In this document: one piece after another, positions 57,702-64,000 of the stretch
How the letters are laid out: each line of letters opens with the position of its first letter
Numbering within the stretch: the first letter of the stretch is position 1
Made by a program: the position numbers and the translations under genes
Source: a virus
Virus record (IMG/VR): IMGVR_UViG_3300008952_001422
Location: 32,001-96,000 of that record
Length of the DNA stretch: 64,000 nucleotides
Direction: 5' to 3' (one strand)
Notes under the pieces: generated by a model
Databases searched by the model: none
Told to the model about the DNA's origin: nothing
Seen by the model: the letters and a program-made list of their open reading frames with translations, nothing else

Positions 57702-58298
57702 ATCAAGTTCTAATTGATTTTTAGTCCTACCGTCTTTAGGCGGTAGGCAAAACACTATATGGAATCTCAAATGTCTTCCTGCATTTATGGCAGTATGCTT
57801 TTTGGTGGTGTCAACGTGATACGTAACTCCTTCGTGTAACTTTTCTACCTTCTCATCTATAATCATAAAACAATTTTCATTTGCTACTAATGGTAAATGA
57901 ATTCTGGATGTTTTATCGTTGTGATATGTTAGACATGTTTTCCAGTTCATCATCATATATCTACCACGAACTGCTCCATATTTTTCATTAAAGATATTAA
58001 TAACTTCTTCTGTATATGTTCCCTTTAGAAAATCACAAACCTCTGTAAAATCTATCTCATCTAAAATAACATCTCGCATCTTTGGCTTTGAATTTGGGTC
58101 AGTAGAATCATGGTTGTCCCAATCATAATGAAGACTAAGTGTACCTGAATTTGGTTGGTCTTCTACAGGAGTGCCAGAAATGGTTTGTATTGACATTTGA
58201 CCATTGTTCTCAATAAGAAACTGGTCAACGTTCAAATCATACATCTCCTTTCGAAGTCTATCGTAATCAATGTCTATGTCTATTTTAGTTACGTTCAT
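57693..58298 (-). CDS. 2OG-Fe(II) oxygenase (Asp/Asn beta-hydroxylase-like)
   Basis: YHND..RIHLPL...HTAINAG...R.HIV (HxD...H triad). Confidence 0.75.
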   Translation of the reverse strand: MNVTKIDIDIDYDRLRKEMYDLNVDQFLIENNGQMSIQTISGTPVEDQPNSGTLSLHYDWDNHDSTDPNSKPKMRDVILDEIDFTEVCDFLKGTYTEEVINIFNEKYGAVRGRYMMMNWKTCLTYHNDKTSRIHLPLVANENCFMIIDEKVEKLHEGVTYHVDTTKKHTAINAGRHLRFHIVFCLPPKDGRTKNQLELDLE

Positions 58299-58310
58299 TT
58301 GTTTTATCCT

Positions 58311-59072
58311 TTAAATTATTCCCATGTCATAAAAGTATTTTATCATCATTGCAAATGATACAACAACAATCAGTACTCTAATGACGGCAGGATTTGCTTT
58401 GATGAGATAATGGGCGCCTAATATTGACCCAATTATTTGACTAATCATCATAAGTAATGCGAGTTCCCAAACGATATGTCCATACGATACGAATACAATT
58501 ACGGATGCGATATTAGTTGAGAAATTTAATGGTTTTGCTATGATACTTGCTGTTATTAAGCCGAGTCGTTTGTAAACGGTAGTTGCCATTACAAAAAAGG
58601 ACCCAGTACCAGGACCGAACATACCGTCATAAAATCCAATGGCAGGCACAACTACATCACGATAACTTAATACACGTGATGTCTTAAATTTTCGCAATTT
58701 GGGTGCGACTAAGAAATAAACACCAGTAATAACAAGTACAATTGGAACAATGATAGATAAAGTATCAGTATCAATATATTGTACTATAAACGCCCCGACC
58801 AGGGCACCAAGAAATGCTGTAATTACAATGGGTCGAATTTCTCTCCAGTCAAACTTCTTCTTTTTAAGTAATAATAATGTTGCAGAACCAACACCAACAG
58901 TTGTTTGTAGTTTGTGAGTGCCAAGGGCAAATATTGGTGAGATACCGCTCATTAATAATGCTGGAATAGTTAATAATCCTCCACATCCGCCTAATGTATT
59001 TAAAAATCCTGCTAAACCTCCAATAGCAAATAGGAATATTAGCATTTCTATTGAATAATTAATTAATTCCAT
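58311..59072 (-). CDS. TauE/SafE (TSUP) family transporter
   Basis: AGFLNTLGG.GGL..IP.L, ALGT.KLQ, IGFYDGMFGPGTGSF. Confidence 0.88.
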   Translation of the reverse strand: MELINYSIEMLIFLFAIGGLAGFLNTLGGCGGLLTIPALLMSGISPIFALGTHKLQTTVGVGSATLLLLKKKKFDWREIRPIVITAFLGALVGAFIVQYIDTDTLSIIVPIVLVITGVYFLVAPKLRKFKTSRVLSYRDVVVPAIGFYDGMFGPGTGSFFVMATTVYKRLGLITASIIAKPLNFSTNIASVIVFVSYGHIVWELALLMMISQIIGSILGAHYLIKANPAVIRVLIVVVSFAMMIKYFYDMGII

Positions 59073-59078
59073 TTAATC

Positions 59079-59993
59079 TCATCCTGGTAAATCTTCCTCA
59101 TTATGACCTTGAAAAGGGTCATCATCATCATAATAGTTATCTTCTTTCTGGTTTAACAATGATTGGATATCACTTTCTAATTCATCTGTTATACAAATCT
59201 TATTGCCTTTTTCATCGAGTACCCACATCCATATTTCTAGTGCGGTGTATTCCGGATGATTCTTTACATATTCTTCTTGTAGTTTCTTTCCGTGTTCAGT
59301 AATATATAGAGGTCCAAACTTTGGTAAGATAGCATTTGCTACTGTCACTGCGTTAATATTGTAGTAGTTATAATTCATTAGTTTACTTATAGGAATAGTT
59401 AGACTTGGTGCTAAATCGTTTCCAAATAATATTCCTGCTCTTATTCCACCCAATAGAAAACTTTTACTAAGACTAAATGCAGTACAATCTATAACTGAAT
59501 CTTCAACATTCATTGTTTCTAAACTTGTTCCATAGAATGCACAGTCTAAAAATATCTTACTATTTGTCTTTTTACATTGCTTTTTTAGTTTGGGAAACCA
59601 AGTAGAAATACTACCTGTGTGGTTAGGTTGACTAACGATAATGTAACTATTTTCCTCTATCGTGTCTAGGTCCGCATGGTGGACGCACTCAGCCGTATAT
59701 GGTGATAACAATGATTCATAGAATCTATAGTCATCTTCAAAGTAATAAAACTTATTAACAGTCTTTGACCTATAAGCAACTTGATTAACTATTGCATCGT
59801 GTATTCCATTACATATTGCCCAGTCAGAAAACTTATCTACTCCAGTAAATCTAGATGTCCAGTTAATCCAATTAGTTCTATATTCCTCTAGTTCTACTTG
59901 TGTTCCTTTGTTTTTAAACTTAAGGTCATCTAGTACTTTTCGAACTTGTCTTGGACAAAAACAATGAACTGCATCTTCTGGTGAATTTTTCAT
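59079..59993 (-). CDS. PLP-dependent transferase-like protein
   Basis: SQPN..G, FLDCAF and FSLSKSF (PLP Lys), then RAG; start moved to MKNSPED. Confidence 0.65.
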   Translation of the reverse strand: MKNSPEDAVHCFCPRQVRKVLDDLKFKNKGTQVELEEYRTNWINWTSRFTGVDKFSDWAICNGIHDAIVNQVAYRSKTVNKFYYFEDDYRFYESLLSPYTAECVHHADLDTIEENSYIIVSQPNHTGSISTWFPKLKKQCKKTNSKIFLDCAFYGTSLETMNVEDSVIDCTAFSLSKSFLLGGIRAGILFGNDLAPSLTIPISKLMNYNYYNINAVTVANAILPKFGPLYITEHGKKLQEEYVKNHPEYTALEIWMWVLDEKGNKICITDELESDIQSLLNQKEDNYYDDDDPFQGHNEEDLPG

Positions 59994-60094
59994 TACTTGC
60001 CTTTTAATACTAGTATTGTTAATAATATACCCACTGATAATCCCACTGCAAACCCACAAAGAGTGTACATCATAATGAACAACTTAATAGTCAT
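59993..60094 (-). CDS. 33-aa single-TM protein (not in ORF track)
   Basis: [33 protein letters not shown]; overlaps both neighbours (ATGA and TAATG). Confidence 0.55.
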   Translation of the reverse strand: MTIKLFIMMYTLCGFAVGLSVGILLTILVLKGK

Positions 60095-60246
60095 TTCTTA
60101 ATCTTTTTCTCATTGTACACTACATGCTTACGTACAAATGGGTCATACATATTCAACTTCATCTTTTCTGGATGTAGTCGTTGATTCTTATGTCGTGTAT
60201 AAAAGTGTGCTGACTCTGATGATTGCATTCTAATTTTTGTTCTCAT
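60091..60246 (-). CDS. rpmG: 50S ribosomal protein bL33 (Zn-free type; not in ORF track)
   Basis: Hand translation [51 protein letters not shown]; HFYT..KN.R..PEK.....YDP.VRKHV.Y.E.K signature; GAGG SD. Confidence 0.88.
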   Translation of the reverse strand: MRTKIRMQSSESAHFYTRHKNQRLHPEKMKLNMYDPFVRKHVVYNEKKIKK

Positions 60247-60247
60247 A

Positions 60248-60487
60248 TTAACCTCTTATCTTTTTAGTAATCCAAAGAACTGCGGCATAAACCGCAAGTC
60301 CATACAATGTTGCAAATGCTAATTCAGGTAAATAATTATAAATCTTCTCAATAAATTCTATTGTTGCGGCTACATCTCCTGTAGTTGAAGAACCAGTAGC
60401 ATTACCTGAGTCTACAACTATCGTTTTACTATAGTCGCCCGAAACATCTCCAACACTTTGTTGGATATCTAATGTATTATCTGCCAT
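60248..60487 (-). CDS. small membrane protein
   Basis: C-terminal TM helix; SD AGGAG; CATAAATA on the - strand at 60558-60565. Confidence 0.55.
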   Translation of the reverse strand: MADNTLDIQQSVGDVSGDYSKTIVVDSGNATGSSTTGDVAATIEFIEKIYNYLPELAFATLYGLAVYAAVLWITKKIRG

Positions 60488-60489
60488 GT

Positions 60490-60612
60490 TTATCTCCTTC
60501 GTACTTTTTCATGAAACTCAACAATACTCTCCAATTTCTCTATACGTTTGGTCAGAGTATTTATGAGTTCTTCCAGTGCCTCAATCTTTTCTTTCATCTC
60601 ATCTAGTGTCAT
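60490..60612 (-). CDS. 40-aa coiled-coil protein (not in ORF track)
   Basis: MTLDEMKEKIEALEELINTLTKRIEKLESIVEFHEKVRRR*; fills the gap. Confidence 0.55.
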   Translation of the reverse strand: MTLDEMKEKIEALEELINTLTKRIEKLESIVEFHEKVRRR

Positions 60613-60617
60613 TGGCG

Positions 60618-60866
60618 TTAACTCTTTTTTGTTTTTATCACCTTCTTTGGTTTCTCAGCAGTTTTTCCAGTCAGCATTGCTGATGGCTTTTCAGCAGTTA
60701 TAGCCTTCTTTTTTGCAGTTGGCTTTTTCGCTGTCATGGCTTTGCTTTTGGCAGGTGCTTTCTTACTTTTACCTGACAAATATGATGGTGTATATCCCGC
60801 CGGGCTTACTCCTTTGCCAAAGAATAGTTCTGTTAATGTTGGCCACTCACTTATTGGTTTCCACAT
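60618..60866 (-). CDS. Lys/Ala-rich basic protein (histone H1-tail-like)
   Basis: Start MWKPISEW after AGGAG; TA(K/E)K repeats. Confidence 0.6.
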   Translation of the reverse strand: MWKPISEWPTLTELFFGKGVSPAGYTPSYLSGKSKKAPAKSKAMTAKKPTAKKKAITAEKPSAMLTGKTAEKPKKVIKTKKS

Positions 60867-60867
60867 T

Positions 60868-62043
60868 TTATTTCTCCTTATTAAATGATGTATCACCTGG
60901 ATAAATTGGTATCATTGCACCAGGTTTACGTTTTGGTATTTTACTGTCTGCACTACTGACACAACTGTCACTAATACAAACTTTAGGGGCATCAAATAAC
61001 TTGAACCCACTCTCTACATACCCAAGTGGCTTATCCGCACAACTGTACGAACGTTTTATTGAACCATCTGGCTCCCTAATAATGATACCTTTGAACCCAC
61101 TAGTACATTCCCATCCCTTAAACTTATTAAAGTTAAAGGCATTAAAACGTTCTGCTTGGTCCATGTACCATTTCTTTCCTTTACTATCTTGAAATTCTAC
61201 TTGCATAATTGGTGGAACAGACTTGTCATCTCCGTTATCTATATCCATTTTCCACATACCTACTTTAGGTTTTGGTCTCGTAACTTTTATGCCAGTTTCT
61301 TTCTGTAATTCTGTAGTGTAGTCACGTTGCGGCATGCCATTACGCATTGTTTCTAATTGTTTATCAGTGTACCCAGACACAACAAACGAAGCAGTTGGGT
61401 CACTCTGAGGTTTTAGTGTAACATTTATCCCACGGTTATGAAAGTACATTGCATTATCCCAATCTCTATCAAACCAGTCAGGTACTAAAACCATATTGAT
61501 TGTTACTTGTACATCATGTTCCATACAGAACAATAACTTGTCTGCAAAGACTACCTTCTCTGCGTATTCAGTATGAAATGATGCAGTAATACTTGCTCTA
61601 TGCATCTTAGCAACAGTATCACAATATGTCTGATGCCATTTCATATTACGTGACATATTAGTTGTCATATGTACTGATGTATAATTTGTATTCTCTACAT
61701 CATTTGCTATGTGATTGAGTATGTCCAGATATCCAGGATGGAATGTTGGTTCACCACCCGACAAACTGAAATGAAATGAATTGAAACCATTGCCTCTTGC
61801 TTGTCTTTTAATCTCGTCAATTGTTGCTAGACATAGTTCAGTCGGTCTATGGTCTTTTCTATCACTTCTAGCATACGGCCAACAATAAGAACACTTATAG
61901 TTACAGAATCTTCCCAGTAACCAACTTACTGAAAACAAATCTCTATATAATAGTGTTCGTTGTCCTACACTAACAAGGTCATCATATGGTATCTTAGTGA
62001 AATCATATTGTGACCAATATAATTCATCTTTTTCTTTATTCAT
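60868..62043 (-). CDS. radical SAM protein with C-terminal Cys cluster
   Basis: CNYKCSYC, SGGEPT, and C..G....C...C...C tail. Confidence 0.88.
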   Translation of the reverse strand: MNKEKDELYWSQYDFTKIPYDDLVSVGQRTLLYRDLFSVSWLLGRFCNYKCSYCWPYARSDRKDHRPTELCLATIDEIKRQARGNGFNSFHFSLSGGEPTFHPGYLDILNHIANDVENTNYTSVHMTTNMSRNMKWHQTYCDTVAKMHRASITASFHTEYAEKVVFADKLLFCMEHDVQVTINMVLVPDWFDRDWDNAMYFHNRGINVTLKPQSDPTASFVVSGYTDKQLETMRNGMPQRDYTTELQKETGIKVTRPKPKVGMWKMDIDNGDDKSVPPIMQVEFQDSKGKKWYMDQAERFNAFNFNKFKGWECTSGFKGIIIREPDGSIKRSYSCADKPLGYVESGFKLFDAPKVCISDSCVSSADSKIPKRKPGAMIPIYPGDTSFNKEK

Positions 62044-62396
62044 TTACGACTCATTCCACATGGCTCATTAAACGTAACATTAAAGAATCGTTGTTTCGTT
62101 TCATATGCCTGTTCAATTCTCTTATAATCTATTCCAACTGCACTTAAAATGTGGCGCATATCTTCTCTGTCTTCATCATTCATTTGCTCTCGTACTTGGT
62201 CTTTTACATCTTGTGAAATCATATCATAGATACTACCATAACACCATTCACAAAATGTAACTGGTATTACACCAAAGTATCCTTGCATTCCACCACGGTC
62301 TTCGTCATATTCACTATTACAAACACTACACGTTGATGGTGGTGTAAATGTTAAAGTATCATTGTCCTGTATAGTCTTTACATTCGTCTTTTTCAT
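62040..62396 (-). CDS. hypothetical Zn-finger protein
   Basis: CSVC...CEWC; start MKKTNV after AGGAG. Confidence 0.55.
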   Translation of the reverse strand: MKKTNVKTIQDNDTLTFTPPSTCSVCNSEYDEDRGGMQGYFGVIPVTFCEWCYGSIYDMISQDVKDQVREQMNDEDREDMRHILSAVGIDYKRIEQAYETKQRFFNVTFNEPCGMSRK

Positions 62397-62532
62397 TTGC
62401 TCTCCTGTTACGTTCAACAATATATCTATACCATTTCATTAACCAAAGCACTCTTTGAGGATAGTGGTCAGGATTAGGTATATTTTCTTCTCCAAAATAA
62501 TCAATAAATCCTTGTATTTCTTCGTCACTCAT
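62359..62532 (-). CDS. 57-aa hypothetical protein (not in ORF track)
   Basis: MSDEEIQGFIDYFGEENIPNPDHYPQRVLWLMKWY...; ATGA overlap with the SPASM gene. Confidence 0.55.
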   Translation of the reverse strand: MSDEEIQGFIDYFGEENIPNPDHYPQRVLWLMKWYRYIVERNRRANEKDECKDYTGQ

Positions 62533-62846
62533 AGTGGTTTATCTCTTTCTTCTTTTGCACAGTTTGTTTGACAAACTTCTAAGCCTGTCATATTATTTTC
62601 AATCCATTCAAAGATTGGACCTTCTATAATCTCTTCCATAGAATAATGATGTATATTATGATACTTCTTATCTATGCCTGATTCATTCCATAACCCAGTC
62701 ATTCTTCTTGCAATGCCAAACCAACAACAAGGTAATACATATCCCTTTGATGTGATGTAAAGATTTCCCATTGTCTTATGGAATGTTCCTTTGCCATTTC
62801 CAATCGTTGCTTTACATTTAGGTTCTATTTCAAAAGTCTTGGTCAT
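62529..62846 (-). CDS. stand-alone SPASM/twitch Fe-S domain protein
   Basis: C...LYITSKGYVLPCCW...NI....EEI...CQTNC. Confidence 0.7.
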   Translation of the reverse strand: MTKTFEIEPKCKATIGNGKGTFHKTMGNLYITSKGYVLPCCWFGIARRMTGLWNESGIDKKYHNIHHYSMEEIIEGPIFEWIENNMTGLEVCQTNCAKEERDKPL

Positions 62847-63553
62847 GCAGTTACTCCTTCATAACCTGCCGGCAAAACGATTTCATCTATTTCATTCTCA
62901 GGATTAGTATTTCTAAAAGACTTGATAACTACAAATCTTTCAAATTTCTCTGCTTCTGATAACTTTTTAATGTCTGCTATCTGATGCTGATTCCATTTGA
63001 ATACAATAAATTGCCAACCTGCCCTACCACCTGAAGAGATATATGCTCTCCAGTTCTTCTGTAAAGTTTTCCAATCAACATTCTTTCTATAGAGATGATT
63101 AGTTTCTTCATCTCCATCTATTCCAAAAACAACGGTCAGACGATTATTCAATTCTTTAGACAGTTTCCCTAATTCACTCCAGAAACTTTCATTTCTTGAC
63201 CCACCGTTAACATGAACCCAAATGTTTTTCTCTTTATTATCTAAGTAATAAAAATATTTTATAATTTCTATTACATCTGGATTTATTACAGGTTCATCAA
63301 CATTACCACACAAAACTATTTCATCTAAGTGTGTCCATTTATTTGGTAAAAAAGTCTTCTTTATATCTGCTATTGATAGAAAAGTATTGTTTAGTTCAAT
63401 ATCATAATCTAATGTAAAATCTTTTCGTTCTTCAGATGTTTCATTCTGAAGTTCAATCATATAGTTTCTTTCACATTGTGAACAGAAAGCATTACAGTAG
63501 TTGGTTATTTCTAACTGTAACCGTCCTATATTACCTTCTTTTGCCCAAATCAT
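62843..63553 (-). CDS. radical SAM core domain protein
   Basis: EITNYCNAFCSQCER, CGNVDEP, FGIDG, WQFIVFKWNQHQ. Confidence 0.85.
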   Translation of the reverse strand: MIWAKEGNIGRLQLEITNYCNAFCSQCERNYMIELQNETSEERKDFTLDYDIELNNTFLSIADIKKTFLPNKWTHLDEIVLCGNVDEPVINPDVIEIIKYFYYLDNKEKNIWVHVNGGSRNESFWSELGKLSKELNNRLTVVFGIDGDEETNHLYRKNVDWKTLQKNWRAYISSGGRAGWQFIVFKWNQHQIADIKKLSEAEKFERFVVIKSFRNTNPENEIDEIVLPAGYEGVTA

Positions 63554-63556
63554 CTA

Positions 63557-64000
63557 TCACTCTATGTCCAGTTCTTTCCAGTCTTTAAGAGAATCTATTG
63601 CTGAATAGTTGTATATCTCTGCTGTTGCCCATTCTTTCTCAATACACCACCAACATCCGTTACATGGTTCTGTAAAGTAATTAGTTTCTTCAATCCAACC
63701 TTCACAAGACCTAGTTAATGAACCAAGGTCAAGAAGTTTGCCATATTTTTTATAAAAGGCCAATACTATTCTTTTGTCTGAATGAATAAATGGTAAGTAT
63801 TCTGTGTGGCGGTCGCATTTAGATTCTGCTCTTTCATCAATCCACCATTGACGATTAGTCCAATCTCTACGTTCTGCACGTCTGGGCCATCTCTTTCTCC
63901 AAACTGGCTTACCAATTTCTTCAGGTGGATTAACAGTTACACCATTGAATAATGCTGTTATGTTATACTTCTTAACCATATCCCATGATAATCTAGTTCC
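63557..64000 (-). CDS. 5'-truncated QueC-like (PP-loop) protein
   Basis: Frame open to the window edge; PF...DK..V, TRSCE...PCNGCWWC Zn motif. Confidence 0.6.
   Translation of the reverse strand, partial: GTRLSWDMVKKYNITALFNGVTVNPPEEIGKPVWRKRWPRRAERRDWTNRQWWIDERAESKCDRHTEYLPFIHSDKRIVLAFYKKYGKLLDLGSLTRSCEGWIEETNYFTEPCNGCWWCIEKEWATAEIYNYSAIDSLKDWKELDIE

Noticed and set aside
1-64000. Stop-codon reassignment
   Set aside because: Recognisable genes are full length in code 11, and TAA, TAG and TGA all end genes at expected positions.
1-64000. Cellular (bacterial) origin suggested by metK, apt, clpA, infA, fabF, sbmA and rpmG
   Set aside because: These genes are interspersed with a phage-type family B polymerase, clamp, RNase H, tail fibre, spanins and T4-like late motifs, without bacterial operon context.
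63557-64000. QueC-like gene as proof of 7-deazaguanine DNA modification
   Set aside because: The gene is truncated by the window, and no FolE, QueD or DpdA is visible here.

Overview
An AT-rich, densely coding segment of a large T4-like/jumbo tailed phage genome. The spanin pair and porin-like gene point to a Gram-negative host; a marine proteobacterium is likely but inferred. Genes run on the + strand to ~57.7 kb and on the - strand after that, in standard genetic code. In order: IF-1, spanins, J-domain protein and ClpA; a repeat-rich tail fibre and structural genes; an HscB-like/ErpA/acyl carrier protein operon; an envelope block (porin, ExbB/ExbD-like, SbmA); three giant mosaic late proteins plus a Pol-beta nucleotidyltransferase that look like prohead-protease-processed internal-head polyproteins; and a replication block (family B polymerase, methyltransferase, sliding clamp, RNase H) with APRT, MetK and PMM. 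Next come a MoxR AAA ATPase and its vWA-metallopeptidase partner, split by a four-gene biosynthetic operon (adenylating ligase, flavin halogenase, GNAT, ketosynthase); then HNH and DHFR; and a minus-strand block of modification enzymes (2OG oxygenase, TauE, PLP enzyme, radical SAMs, QueC-like) that also holds a ribosomal protein bL33 gene missed by the ORF track. Best leads: the phage mini-BGC, the cleavable polyprotein cassette system, a methyltransferase carrying a copy of the polymerase's clamp-binding tail, and a DHFR ending in an SSB-type DDDIPF tail. All calls come from motif recognition by eye; no database searches were run.
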